Source of the DNA: Botryllus schlosseri
Lineage: Eukaryota
Direction of reading: 5' to 3'
Assembly: GCA_051294905.1 (NCBI GenBank)
Contig: CM119372.1
Coordinates: 28,770,001-28,834,000 of the forward strand
Length of the DNA stretch: 64,000 nucleotides
Numbering within the stretch: position 1 is the first letter of the stretch; each line of letters opens with the position of its first letter. Under the pieces are notes generated by a model. The model did no database searches. It saw nothing but the letters and a program-made list of their open reading frames with translations, and was not told the DNA's origin. A program made the position numbers and the translations under genes. This document shows positions 12,594 to 26,761 of this stretch, one piece after another.

Positions 12594-13465
12594 CAACTTC
12601 TCCAGTCGGCGGGCCGGATAGAGGAAAATTAGGTACTTGGCGGGCCGGATTGCTGAATCGACACATTATTCGCCCATTTATCCACATATACAAGGAATAA
12701 ATCGTATTTAATAAATGTATTTTAACGACAGCAATGTCGCTTCAAAGCCATTTCTCCGATAATGGCGAGGACAGTGTGGATTTGAGAATAACATTATCAT
12801 ACAGGCGCCGCCATGTCTGCTTCACTCTGATCAATCAACACACGGTGCAATCCCTAGTTAAGATTTCAAGTCGTTCGATGACCCCAGGAACCCTAATTTA
12901 CCAAGATATCAATTCATTAGGGTTGAGTAGGTGCCGTGATAGCGTCGTTGTTCAACTGTGTGGCGTAAATAATCTCGAATATTGAATTCATACGGCCCGC
13001 GTTTTCTACAAAATTTGAAAACTGGCCTGCGACCCGTTTTGAGATGGCGACCCCTGGAATATGCGGTGCCTTACAAAAGCCTAGAAGTGTGGCGTGCTAC
13101 AAGTCGGCGGTTGCGGAATCGAAAATAAGAAATATATCAGTCTGGTGTAAATGACCATTGTAGTCGACAAAAATCATGATTACCACGGACGACATTAGGG
13201 TTGAGTGCATATCGCAAATGCCGATAATGCAAGTCTTCTCGCTTCGACGAACTTACGCGTATGCTCCACTCTCGCAACGATGCGCACACACGTATATAAT
13301 AATATACAGTCACTTAAATTTGACGTAGTATGCAAGTAGTGGGGGATCTCGACAGACTGGGGCCGCGGGCCACATTATCATGTAAGACGGAAAACCGTCC
13401 GCGGGCCGGACAAAATCCCTTCGCGGGCCGGATCCGGCCCGCGGGCCGTATGTTGCCCACCCCTG
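12594..13465. mobile_element. hAT-type MITE in U1 spacer, left TIR deleted
   Basis: Duplicate of 9742-10613 at +2852. Confidence 0.85.
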
Positions 13466-14037
13466 TTATAGTGTCTGTTTCTGGGTAAGATTTAACGATT
13501 AGCGGTTAGTAGGCCTTTTCCGTATAGTGCGAGCCTAATTTCTTTTTAACCTAGCTCTCCTGAACTGATCATATACACTTCATGTATTTCGATAAGCGCC
13601 TGGATTGTGGCGAGAATTGATGACAGTCGACAGATCAGAAATTAATCTACAATAGGCTTTCCCTATATGCCTCGCTTTTGTAGCTGTGAAAACTTTGCAT
13701 TGCTATGTCACGCTTCTGTAATCCTATACCGGCTCTTTATTGGCAAAGCGAATATCAGAGCACCATGGAGATGACCATAAACCGCAAGATAATGATTATC
13801 GCACTTTTAAGCAAGGAATGGACGGTGGAATTCGCAATTGGACGCCGCAGTCAGTCCAATATCATCGATGACGTCCCAATCATATTTGGCGTTCGCGTCT
13901 AGTAGAAACTATTTCATTTTGCTTCGGCGATTCAAAGCGCACTTGGTGAATGCATTTATGCATATGTGGAGAGCGTGCTCACCACAATATTTATTTTGTT
14001 GTATGAAATTGGGTGTCAATAAATTTCTGGAAAACTC

Positions 14038-14199
14038 ATACTTACCTGACGAGGCAGTGAACCATGATCAAAAAGGCGGTTCTGCCCGGGCGAGGCCTAG
14101 CCATTGCACTTCGGCTTGGTTGACCTCGGCGATTACCCCAAATGTGAGTAACTCGGTCGTGTGATTTCTGGTAGTGGGGTCTGCGTTCGCGCTAACCCT
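14038..14199 (+). ncRNA. RNU1: U1 snRNA (Sm site GATTTCTGG)
   Basis: U1 motifs present. Confidence 0.93.
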
Positions 14200-15026
14200 T
14201 TCCATCCAACCATACTGATTAAATAGCTCACAGTGCATGAAAAAGAATTCGTGGCCAGCGGCTCTCGTAACGACACTCACTTACATGCATTTTCGCAAAG
14301 CCGCTGATTATTATAAATATACCAAATACTTGGTTTGTTGATTTATTTTCCCCCTCGGAACAAACGTGGCCATATAACACGTTTTGAGTTGGCCTACACC
14401 TCGATTTGTTCTCGTAGACCTGCGATATAGCAATGGCGTCTGACTTTTACATCGTTATAGTGTCAGTTTCTGGGTAAGATTTCACGATTAGCGGTTAGTA
14501 GGCCTTTTCCGTATAGTGCGAGCCTAATTTCTTTTTCACCTAGCTCTCCTGAACTGATCATATACACTTCATGTATTTTGATAAGCGCATGGATTGTGGC
14601 GCGAATTGATGACAGTCGGCAGATCAGAAATTAATCTACAATAGGCTTTCCCTATATGCCTCGCTTTTGTAGCTGTGAAAACTTTGCATTGCTATGTCAC
14701 GCTTCTGTAATCCTATACCGGCTCTTTATTGGCAAAGCTAATATCAGAGCACCATGGAGATGACCATAAAACGCAAGATAATGATTATCGCACTTTTAAG
14801 CAAGGAATGGACGGTGGAATTCGCAATTGGACGCCGCAGTCAGTCCAATATCATCGATGACGTCCCAATCATATTCGGCGTTCGCGTCTAGTAGAAACTA
14901 TTTCATTTTGCTTCGGCGATTCAAAGCGCACTTGGTGAATGCATTTATGCATATGTGGAGAGCGTGCTCACCACAATATTTATTTTGTTGTATGAAATTG
15001 GGTGTCAATAAATTTCTGGAAAAGTC

Positions 15027-15203
15027 ATACTTACCTGACGAGGCAGTGAACCATGATCAAAAAGGCGGTTCTGCCCGGGCGAGGCCTAGCCATTGCACTT
15101 CGGCTTGGTCGACTTCGGCTTGGTTGACCTCGGCGATTACCCCAAATGTGGGTAACTCGGTCGTGTGATTTCTGGTAGTGGGGTCTGCGTTCGCGCTAAC
15201 CCT
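15027..15203 (+). ncRNA. RNU1: U1 snRNA variant with 15-nt duplication in the 3' strand of stem-loop II
   Basis: CTTCGGCTTGGTCGA CTTCGGCTTGGTTGA; 177 nt. Confidence 0.88.
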
Positions 15204-16039
15204 TTCCATCCAACCATACTGATTAAATAGCTCACAGTGCATGAAAAAGAATTCGTGGCCAGCGGCTCTCGTAACGACACTCACTTACATGCATTTTCGC
15301 AAAGCCGCTGATTATTATAAATATACAAAATACTTGGTTTGTTGATTTATTTTCCCCCTCGGAACGAACGTGGCCATATAACACGTTTTGAGTTGGCCTA
15401 CACCTCGATTTGTTCTCGTAGACCTGCGATATAGCAATGGAGTCTGACCTTTACATCGTTATAGTGTCTGTTTCTGGGTAAGATTTCACGATTAGCGGTT
15501 AGTAGGCCTTTTCCGTATAGTGCGAGCCTAATTTCTTTTTCACCTAGCTCTCCTGAACTGATCATATACACTTCATGTATTTCGATAAGCGCCTGGATTG
15601 TGGTGAGAATTGATGACAGTCGGCAGATCAGAAATTAATCTACAATAGGCTTTCCCTATATGCCTCGCTTTTGTAGCTGTGAAAACTTTGCATTGCTATG
15701 TCACGCTTCTGTAATCCTATACCGGCTCTTTATTGGCAAAGCGAATATCAGAGCACCATGGAGATGACCATAAAACGCAAGATAATGATTATCGCACTTT
15801 TAAGCAAGGAATGGACGGTGGAATTCGCAATTGGACGCCGCAGTCAGTCCAATATCATCGATGACGTCCCATTCGTCCCAATCATATTTGGCGTTCGCGT
15901 CTAGTAGAAACTATTTCATTTTGCTTCGGCGATTCAAAGCGCACTTGGTGAATGCATTTATGCATATGTGGAGAGCGTGCTCACCACAATACTTATTTTG
16001 TTGTATGAAATTGGGTGTCAATAAATTTCTGGAAAACTC

Positions 16040-16201
16040 ATACTTACCTGACGAGGCAGTGAACCATGATCAAAAAGGCGGTTCTGCCCGGGCGAGGCCT
16101 AGCCATTGCACTTCGGCTTGGTTGACCTCGGCGATTACCCCAAATGTGAGTAACTCGGTCGTGTGATTTCTGGTAGTGGGGTCTGCGTTCGCGCTAACCC
16201 T
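16040..16201 (+). ncRNA. RNU1: U1 snRNA (Sm site GATTTCTGG)
   Basis: Duplicate of the 14038 copy. Confidence 0.93.
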
Positions 16202-17028
16202 TTCCATCCAACCATACTGATTAAATAGCTCACAGTGCATGAAAAAGAATTCGTGGCCAGCGGCTCTCGTAACGACACTCACTTACATGCATTTTCGCAA
16301 AGCCGCTGATTATTATAAATATACCAAATACTTGGTTTGTTGATTTATTTTCCCCCTCGGAACAAACGTGGCCATATAACACGTTTTGAGTTGGCCTACA
16401 CCTCGATTTGTTCTCGTAGACCTGCGATATAGCAATGGCGTCTGACTTTTACATCGTTATAGTGTCAGTTTCTGGGTAAGATTTCACGATTAGCGGTTAG
16501 TAGGCCTTTTCCGTATAGTGCGAGCCTAATTTCTTTTTCACCTAGCTCTCCTGAACTGATCATATACACTTCATGTATTTTGATAAGCGCATGGATTGTG
16601 GCGCGAATTGATGACAGTCGGCAGATCAGAAATTAATCTACAATAGGCTTTCCCTATATGCCTCGCTTTTGTAGCTGTGAAAACTTTGCATTGCTATGTC
16701 ACGCTTCTGTAATCCTATACCGGCTCTTTATTGGCAAAGCTAATATCAGAGCACCATGGAGATGACCATAAAACGCAAGATAATGATTATCGCACTTTTA
16801 AGCAAGGAATGGACGGTGGAATTCGCAATTGGACGCCGCAGTCAGTCCAATATCATCGATGACGTCCCAATCATATTCGGCGTTCGCGTCTAGTAGAAAC
16901 TATTTCATTTTGCTTCGGCGATTCAAAGCGCACTTGGTGAATGCATTTATGCATATGTGGAGAGCGTGCTCACCACAATATTTATTTTGTTGTATGAAAT
17001 TGGGTGTCAATAAATTTCTGGAAAAGTC

Positions 17029-17205
17029 ATACTTACCTGACGAGGCAGTGAACCATGATCAAAAAGGCGGTTCTGCCCGGGCGAGGCCTAGCCATTGCAC
17101 TTCGGCTTGGTCGACTTCGGCTTGGTTGACCTCGGCGATTACCCCAAATGTGGGTAACTCGGTCGTGTGATTTCTGGTAGTGGGGTCTGCGTTCGCGCTA
17201 ACCCT
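17029..17205 (+). ncRNA. RNU1: U1 snRNA variant with 15-nt duplication
   Basis: Duplicate of the 15027 copy. Confidence 0.88.
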
Positions 17206-18041
17206 TTCCATCCAACCATACTGATTAAATAGCTCACAGTGCATGAAAAAGAATTCGTGGCCAGCGGCTCTCGTAACGACACTCACTTACATGCATTTTC
17301 GCAAAGCCGCTGATTATTATAAATATACAAAATACTTGGTTTGTTGATTTATTTTCCCCCTCGGAACGAACGTGGCCATATAACACGTTTTGAGTTGGCC
17401 TACACCTCGATTTGTTCTCGTAGACCTGCGATATAGCAATGGAGTCTGACCTTTACATCGTTATAGTGTCTGTTTCTGGGTAAGATTTCACGATTAGCGG
17501 TTAGTAGGCCTTTTCCGTATAGTGCGAGCCTAATTTCTTTTTCACCTAGCTCTCCTGAACTGATCATATACACTTCATGTATTTCGATAAGCGCCTGGAT
17601 TGTGGTGAGAATTGATGACAGTCGGCAGATCAGAAATTAATCTACAATAGGCTTTCCCTATATGCCTCGCTTTTGTAGCTGTGAAAACTTTGCATTGCTA
17701 TGTCACGCTTCTGTAATCCTATACCGGCTCTTTATTGGCAAAGCGAATATCAGAGCACCATGGAGATGACCATAAAACGCAAGATAATGATTATCGCACT
17801 TTTAAGCAAGGAATGGACGGTGGAATTCGCAATTGGACGCCGCAGTCAGTCCAATATCATCGATGACGTCCCATTCGTCCCAATCATATTTGGCGTTCGC
17901 GTCTAGTAGAAACTATTTCATTTTGCTTCGGCGATTCAAAGCGCACTTGGTGAATGCATTTATGCATATGTGGAGAGCGTGCTCACCACAATATTTATTT
18001 TGTTGTATGAAATTGGGTGTCAATAAATTACTGGAAAACTC

Positions 18042-18203
18042 ATACTTACCTGACGAGGCAGTGAACCAAGATCAAAAAGGCGGTTCTGCCCGGGCGAGGC
18101 CTAGCCAATGCACTTCGGCTTGGTTGACCTCGGCGATTACCCCAAATGTGGGTAACTCGGTCGTGTAATTTCTGGTAGTGGGGTCTGCGTTCGCGCTAAC
18201 CCT
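18042..18203 (+). ncRNA. RNU1: U1 snRNA (substitutions CCAAGATC and AATGCAC)
   Basis: U1 motifs present; U1A loop has T>A. Confidence 0.9.
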
Positions 18204-19039
18204 TTCCATCCAACCATACTAGTTAAATAGCTCACAGTGCATGGAAAAGAATTCGTGGCCAGCGGCTCTCGTAACGACACTCACTTACATGCATTCTCGC
18301 AAAGCTGCTGATTATTATAAATATACCAAATACTTGGTTTGTTGATTTATTTTCCCCCTCGGAACGAACGTGGCCATATAACACGTTTTGAGTTGGCCTA
18401 CACCTCGATTTGTTCTCGTGGACCTGCGATATAGCAATGGCGTCTGACCTTTACATCGTTATAGTGTCTGTTTCTGGGTAAGATTTCACGATTAGCGGTT
18501 AGTAGGCCTTTTCCGTATAGTGCGAGCCTAATTTCTTTTTCACCTAGCTCTCCTGAACTGATCATATACACTTCATGTATTTCGATAAGCGCCTGGATTG
18601 TGGCGAGAATTGATGACAGTCGGCAGATCAGAAATTAATCTACAATAGGCTTTCCCTATATGCCTCGCTTTTGTAGCTGTGAAAACTTTGCATTGCTATG
18701 TCACGCTTCTGTAATCCTATACCGGCTCTTTATTGGCAAAGCGAATATCAGAGCACCATGGAGATGACCATAAAACGCAAGATAATGATTATCGCACTTT
18801 TAAGCAAGGAATGGACGGTGGAATTCGCAATTGGACGCCGCAGTCAGTCCAATATCATCGATGACGTCCCATTCGTCCCAATCATATTTGGCGTTCGCGT
18901 CTAGTAGAAACTATTTCATTTTGCTTCGGCGATTCAAAGCGCACTTGGTGAATGCATTTATGCATATGTGGAGAGCGTGCTCACCACAATATTTATTTTG
19001 TTGTATGAAATTGGGTGTCAATAAATTTCTGGAAAACTC

Positions 19040-19201
19040 ATACTTACCTGACGAGGCAGTGAACCATGATTAAAAAGGCGGTTCTGCCCGGGCGAGGCCT
19101 AGCCATTGCACTTCGGCTTGGTTGACCTCGGCGATTACCCCAAATGTGGGTAACTCGGTCGTGTAATTTCTGGTAGTGGGGTCTGCGTTCGCGCTAACCC
19201 T
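19040..19201 (+). ncRNA. RNU1: U1 snRNA (loop I GATCA>GATTA); last unit before the insertion stack
   Basis: U1 motifs present. Confidence 0.9.
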
Positions 19202-19665
19202 TTACATCCAACCATACTAGTTAAATAGCTCACAGTGCATGGAAAAGAATTCGTGATGATTGGAGTATTTGGTTGTATTAAGGTTGCAACCGCCCGTAAG
19301 TATCGACTAACGGCTATTTTCAGGTGATCCAGAGCCACTGTGGCAACTACCGTAAATAGCAGTAACTATTTAGAGTACCTAGTTTACCTTTTCACTTAGG
19401 TTAATTTCTCCTTCTTTCTCTTCATCGTCGTTGGATTTCCGTTATAAATATTATTATAAATATTATAAATATAAATATTCGAACCCATTGTTCGGAGACA
19501 CACAGACAACAATCACGCATCTGACGTAGGCAACTAAAAACAATAGGATTTAAGAATTTAACAGAGTGGTTCGGGAATTCCCGTAAATTTGAGGACTGGT
19601 AGCCGGAGCCTGAAGCAGCCCTGCCATTAATACGAACTGATATCTGTAAGAATACCAGAATCGGG

Positions 19666-22600
19666 AGTAGTTATATAGATCGCTCGTGATTTGCCTGGGG
19701 TTCTTATGGGCCCGCTGGTGAGGTGCCGCGAAACTCGTATTGGTGATGGCACCCTTTTGACCCCCCCTTCCGCTGGTGAGGTGCCATGTGTTCTTATGGG
19801 ATCTCTGGTGATGGTACCCTTTCGGGTATAGGCTTCGTCGGTGATGTGCCGTGAAAACTCGTGTTGGTGATTGCACCCTTTCAGACCCCCTATCGCTCGT
19901 GATGTGTCATTGTTTCTTACAAGATCTCTGGTGATGTGTCATTGGTTCTTATGAGATCTCTGGTGAGGTGCCATGTGTTCTTATGGATGCGGTCGTGATT
20001 CGCACTTTCAACCATCTCTCGCGGGGTGTTGAATAGTCACCAACAATAACCGCACAAACGGAAACGTGGCTTGCAAGAGGATTAAGCAGTGCGACCTATA
20101 TTTCGAATGACCTGCGCGCTGAATTGTTTCACGGCCAACCGCGGTGGTTGTGACTCGCCTTTTTTACTATAGGTGGTGACGGTGATTCGCCTGTCGTGTA
20201 TTCTTACGGGATCTGTGGTGACTCGCCATGTGTTCTTATGGGCGCGGTCGCATGCGGCTATTGCGTCTTATGGCGGGGGTGGTGAGCGGCTATTGATGCT
20301 AACACGAAACCCGGGGTGGCGAGCGGCACTTATTTCTTATGGCGGTGGGTCTTATTTCTTATGGGTGCGGTCGTGATTCGTACTTTCGGTATAGACTGCG
20401 GGCGGCATGTTGTACTTTCAGCAAAAAAGGTGTGAAATAGTTTGCCAAGTCTAGGAATCACTGGCAAGGTAATATTTTGGTATTTAGTTTACCACAGAGC
20501 CGGCGTAGACGGCGATTCGAATATCAACAATAACAACGCTCACGAATTAACACTTCAAATAGCTGTGAAATAGCTTGCAAAACCCCGCGATCGCTGACAA
20601 GATAATGTCTCGGTCATAACCATCTTTCACGACTTGGTGTCATAACCATACCGATCGCCCACGCGGTGAAATTTTAGTAATCAGTTTGAAACAGAACTTG
20701 ATATCGCTGGTAAGATTTAACAAGTAACGAATAACAGACCGCGGTAACTTGAATAGCGACAAATTGTCACTTATTTCCGCTCTAACCCTAATCCTTTGTG
20801 AAGTGAACGCTTATTCAAAAGGGTGTGATATAATTTTAAAATCCAACGACCACTCACCGGATAATGCTTCAGACATATAGCAATCTCTCATACCCACTCA
20901 CAAGGTAATATTTCGGTAATAAGTTTGTCACAGAGCCGTCGCAGCCGGTGATTCGAAAACCAACAATTTGTCACTCGCCCGCGATCGCTATATGTTTCAC
21001 GCCTCCAGAATAGTGGCTGACTTTAGTTGCGTGATAAGATCCATGAAAATATTCAATCAATGTGTTAGTTTATCAACTTGAAATGAAACTCACTACACAA
21101 AGCAAGTCGATTCGTATCTGAATGTTCTAAATCGGTACAACTCTAATCCTTTAACAAATCCCTTAACGCGTTTTTGTTGAATCGAACGTAACCCGAATAT
21201 TACTGACGCCGACTTTCAGCCGCATCGAATTATTCGCACATTCGCCGCTGTTTTCACACTTATAGAATCAATACCAACTATAACTCTACAAGAATCAAGA
21301 ATCACAAGTATGTGCATTACACAGTTATTGTCTTTATTAACTTGAAATCAAACACCTAACAAAAACACGCAACTAATCATTTGGCAACTCTAGCATTACC
21401 AAAAAATTCCAGTATTGTTGATTGAAAATCCTTGAGTCATTATTATCAAAAATGTTATAGTACCGCATCGGAATCCATTCGCGGGATGTACTAAAGGTAA
21501 ATCCAGATAATCCAAAATGAAATATTTGGACTTTGACAAACATGACTACTAACTTTGATCCAGTCACATTTCAAGATTATACTTTGAAACAATCCTTGAA
21601 ACTTACAACTCTATTCACGACTGAGTTTTCCGTTTGTCAGTTTCAGTAAATACTATCGCGATATTTTAAAGTGTTACTACACACAATAGAATCATTCAAT
21701 GAAATAGCACCTGTTGTAAATATTGTGACGCGATGACTTGTGACGCGATGAGTTAAATCGGAATATTTCAATCTATTTGTCGAAACCTTGAACAAGCTAT
21801 CGGGTTATTTTTTTTTTGTTGTAATCGAGTGAACGGAAATAGTATTACGTCTCAACATTTTAACATCTTCCCCTACACAAAAGAGTAAAATACAAAAAAC
21901 CTTGTCAAGTCAATCCGTTTGTAACTTACCCAACCAAAGCAAAAAGTATCCTTATGAAAAGTAGACAAGACTACGCGAGTAATCACCACAATCCAAAATC
22001 CATAGCAAGTTCGGTTGTATTCATAGTCCACCAACTCGTACTTTTATTCAACTGTAAAAGTCGTTACTATTCCGCAAGACAAAGAAATTACTATGTGGTA
22101 TATTTTGTAAGACAAAAGTAATTACTTCTCGGTGTCAGCGACTTGAGATTAACATATGTTTTGAGTATATGATATTTGAATGTCTGACCAACGTAGTTAA
22201 GAATTCATTTTATACGATCGAACACCGGTATTACATTGAAAGTTATCATGCTGTAAACATAAGGATTGACACATGGATTTGACATATGTAATAGTTGATC
22301 ATGACTTGATTATTAAATTATTCGCGTTAATTAGACCCGGCGTTGCGGTAAAGGTTATTATGACAGCAACAAACTTTTCACCGCCGTGGTTATTAACATA
22401 TTGATTTGTAAAACTATACTTGTATGAAATGTTCTTGGTTTGAAAGATATTCCGTGTTGGTACAAATCACTCTGTGTATTACGAATATCAGAAAATATTT
22501 TTACAAATGTAGTTGTTTCCAGTAACCAAGACTAAAGATGACACAACAATTTCGTTTGGAATATCTTTACTGGACGCATCCTATTCTACTAGACTTGAGT

Positions 22601-25600
22601 AATACACAAAACTCATAGCATTAACAAAATCGCAATAGGCGCTACACTGAAATCTACAAAATGTGTTTGTATTGTTACTCAAAGTAGTGATCATAAATTA
22701 TCATTTAAATAAGTAATACTAATCATAAAACCAAACTTGTGAAAGTCATTACCATAACAAAAGAATATTGTAGGTTGCTTGCTAAATGTATGCCGGAAAT
22801 ATTTGTAGAACGCTCACGACCAAAGAAATCGGAAATTTCTCCCCATTGTCATTCGTCAAAGTATATGTTGTCACAATACTCATCCCGTAAAAGATCTTAC
22901 TTGTATGTGATTGAATCGCCGGTAATCAACTCGCTAAATCAAACCATAAGGAAATTTCACTCAGTCATCGGATTATGATATTAAACAGCGTCGCTTAATC
23001 GGCATAGAGCGTTTTTCTAAATGCAAATCATACCTCACCAACAGAAAACAATTTTCACTCACCTCGTAATGAAACCAAGTGGTGGGCCTACGTTCAATAT
23101 TTTGTTTGTGTCAAATACTTTGCAATAAACACACACACTGGAGTGGTTGAGCTTTACATCATCAAGCTGTCATCTGTAAATCGAGATCACATCCGACTTG
23201 TAACTGTATCGTTTACCTAACCGAGTTGTATGCACAGTTTCATATTTTTTATCATTTAGTGATTGCTGAACATACCAAACGATACACATTCACTTCCGAA
23301 ATACTGCGTTGATCTCAATTCCCTTTGTCGTCATAACCGAAGTATCATTTGTTTCGAATTCGTAACAGCCGACTTTTCTATAACACGATAAATTTTGACA
23401 AGTTATGCTTAGAAGATTGGTTGCATATCGCGGAAAATAACATACTGCTCATATTGATACTGTTAATCGATATTTTCACGCGAGTCGATTTTCAAATGAG
23501 TAAAATTTATTACATGAGTTTCTCCGCTTAATGTAAATGAAAACTCAGTCGTCTTTTAACATCACATAGACATTGATAAAAAGTAAGTAAGCAATCAAAC
23601 ACAACACTTTGTACGACACTAATTATTGTTCCACACATCTCATTTCATACTAAGTGTATACGAAAGATATTCATGTTACACGAAAATATTCGCTCATGCT
23701 ACAAACCTGTACAATGATTGGTGGTGTAAGTCCAGCACAATTGTGGTATCCATACGAGTTTAGTTAACACAATTTACGACACCGAGGTCGCCTCATCTTT
23801 CGTAAGACAACAAACCAAGGCTTCAGGATATGTCCATGTCATAACAATAAATCAACTACTCCAACAACAGAGTACATATGTTTTCTAGCACGGTGCTTAC
23901 ATCTTACACACAAATCAACCTACTTTGCTAACGAAAAGCGCTGAGTCATCACATGGTTGTCCTCACAACAATACAACTAAAACATACTATCATACAAAAT
24001 GGCCGTTATAGTTTGCACACCAACGATACATCGTACAAGTAGCAAGTCTCGAGAATCCAGTTATTCAAAAAACGTGAAAGTGTTTCTACGCCAAGTCGGT
24101 ATGTTGACGAAAGCATATATTGTAATATCATGATCGATTTACAATCGTTGGTCACAAAATGTCACTACTCTAAATAATTATTTTTCACTCAAAGCCTACT
24201 TGTCACCATTCGTTTCATCAAGCACGAGTTCAAGAAACCTGCTGCGACATGAATTGTTATTTTTATGTTGTGTAAATAGGTAATAATTAATTTTAGTAAC
24301 ACTATATCAACATCATCGAGTTGCGCGAATAGATTTACATGTGGTCTTGTGGTTTTAATCGAAGTATACAGCACGGTCTAATGTAGAGTCATCTCTACTG
24401 TACAGCAACTCGGTAATCGAAATGCATTAAAATTTAAACAACGATCTTGTTTCGTCGCACCAAAAATATGTTTACTATCGCGATACTCTGCACAGGCCGT
24501 GTAAATCCTTTTCACACTCGTAATAGTATACCAACAGCTACCGGCGACAACGTTTAACAATACCAACAACACTAAACATGCGATACCTACCCAAGTAAAA
24601 TTACCATTTTCACCTAGAGGTCGGTCGTTACCCGAGTAGAAATACCATTGTCCTTTGGAGATTTATCGTTTACCCAGTGTAACAAACCCCTTTTCCTTTG
24701 GAAATATATTTTTTCTCTGGGTAACAAACCTTTTTCACTTGGAAATATATTTTTTCTCTGGGTAACAAACCTTTTTCACTTGGAAATATATTTTTTCTCT
24801 GGTTAACAAACCTTTTTCACTTGGAAATATATTTTTTCTCTGGTTAACAAACCTTTTTCACTTGGAAATATATTTTTTCTCTGGGTAACAAACCTTTTTC
24901 ACTTGGAAATATATTTTTTCTCTGGTTAACAAACCTTTTTCACTTGGAAATATATTTTTTCTCTGGGTAACAAACCTTTTTCACTTGGAAATATATTTTT
25001 TCCCCGGCTAACAAACCTTTTTCCCTGAGCAACAAACCATTTTCACTTGGTGGTCCGTCGTTTACCCGAGTAAAAATATCATTTTCTTTTGGAGATCCGG
25101 CGTTTACCCAGTGTAACAATACATTTTCACTTGGAAAAATACTTTTACCTAGAGTAACTAATCATTTTCTCCTGGGTAACAAACCCTTTTCGTCTGGAAA
25201 CTATCATTTACCTGAGTACCAATACCGTTTTCACTTGGAAATCTATCTTTTCCCTGGGTAACAATACCATTTTCGTTTTGAAAACTGACAACCACACCGG
25301 TCAATTTGATATTTTTTGTATATTGTTACAACAGACAGCGACAAAATATACACCAACAACGACTCCGATACATTTGTCTAATCAAATATTCACTTGCTTT
25401 GATGCATCCCATCAAAATCATTGGTTACTCACATACAATAACAATGTGCTGCTGTACATCGACATGTATGTTTTCGGAATTGGTGAATAAAGGGGTTTCC
25501 GATATGTCCGTGATGTCCGGGTTCGTGCTTTGGATTTTCCAGAGTCAAAATGTCTGAATAAATCACCTCCTCGACTTTGGTAACTGGTTGATACACGGAT

Positions 25601-26014
25601 AATGGTGTTTGGAAAACGGATGAATTTATGTTCCCCATCGCGCTGACAACATCGGGTTACTTGTGAGTTTCCTCGGGTCTGTTTACTATATTGTGTCTTT
25701 ACTGGTCAATACATGTCGCTCCAGTCAGCCGAAACCGGATCACTAATATGAGAAAGTGTGGGGGCCGGATCCGGATATTCACTCATGACCCAACGACCGA
25801 TATTCAAGTAAACATGTTACAGACCGTGTTTTGTCTCCATGAAAAATACCTATGCATACACCATCACATCAAGTACGTCACGATTGTTCACAAGTATTTG
25901 CGTAAACGAGGTGTATGTACAATGTGTCGATGCACAAACATCATGGGACACAAATTCACGTTCTCAAGTCTCATCATGCGCCGACTCTGTACATTCAATG
26001 TGGGCATAGATGAC
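19666..26014 (+). repeat. Left arm of giant inverted repeat
   Basis: ORF track mirrored exactly on the opposite strand (coordinate sums 53004/53007). Confidence 0.97.
24681..25020 (+). repeat. 41-bp minisatellite (~8 near-perfect copies; degenerate copies extend over ~24585-25280)
   Basis: AACAAACCTTTTTCACTTGGAAATATATTTTTTCTCTGG(G/T)T at 24723, 24764, 24805 and onward. Confidence 0.93.
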
Positions 26015-26065
26015 ACACGACATGATACAATGGATAGTGCATTATGCATACCGATATATTCTCAG

Positions 26066-26341
26066 TCAAATATGCGACCCATACACAACCATATACCCTG
26101 ATTTTCGCTGAATATCCACAACACCAACAAATCTGTACATTTCTTTTCCCTTGACCTCAACGATAGAGTTGTCATCCCAATGTACCAATCGAGTGTATGG
26201 TTCATCAGGTGTAAAATCCAAATCAAATGTCACCAAGGTATCGTTTTTCATTTTCAATATTTCCACCGCTGCATCTTGTCTGTGTCGTAAAACCACGGTG
26301 TGAGGCCAGAGGAATCTATGGAACGTTACGCGTAATCCCAT
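26066..26341 (-). CDS. Hypothetical 91-aa ORF in the unique spacer
   Basis: ATG start, protein-like composition, same orientation as 26762-27313; no family recognised. Confidence 0.25.
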   Translation of the reverse strand: MGLRVTFHRFLWPHTVVLRHRQDAAVEILKMKNDTLVTFDLDFTPDEPYTRLVHWDDNSIVEVKGKEMYRFVGVVDIQRKSGYMVVYGSHI

Positions 26342-26761
26342 AATTACTCGTGGATATAGTCGGGTAACGACAACGTTTTCTCAGTGGTCTGCGTGGGTGC
26401 ACCGTTTCAATACGTAGCTGGATCAACTAGACCAAAAGTTTCCAACCACGTTTTATAACGGCATGTAGAATTACGAGACAGCACCCTCTTGCGGAGTGGT
26501 TAACACGAAATCAGTCTTCAACCCACAGAGACACACCTTGGATTACATTATCTAATCGTATTCGAACTCGAGATTCACACACACACAGAGTCCCTGTTTA
26601 CGATTTCAATCCGGAGTCACTGCTCACGATGTTTAGCTGGAGTCGTTGTGTGGGAGTAGCAACATCGGGCATATTCATCACCTGCAAGATTGATAACGAT
26701 GGTGATCGCCAAATACCGAAAACCAGGTGAAACACTGCGGTCTCAGCAAAAAGTTCGCAGG

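Larger units (their letters stand above)
5378..19255 (+). repeat. Tandem U1 snRNA gene array, left block (13 units, ~1-kb period)
   Basis: Near-identical units, each with a U1 coding region, upstream PSE-like motif and 3' flank. Confidence 0.97.

Noticed and set aside
24681..25020. CRISPR array
   Set aside because: Contiguous 41-bp repeats without unique spacers, no cas genes, eukaryotic context
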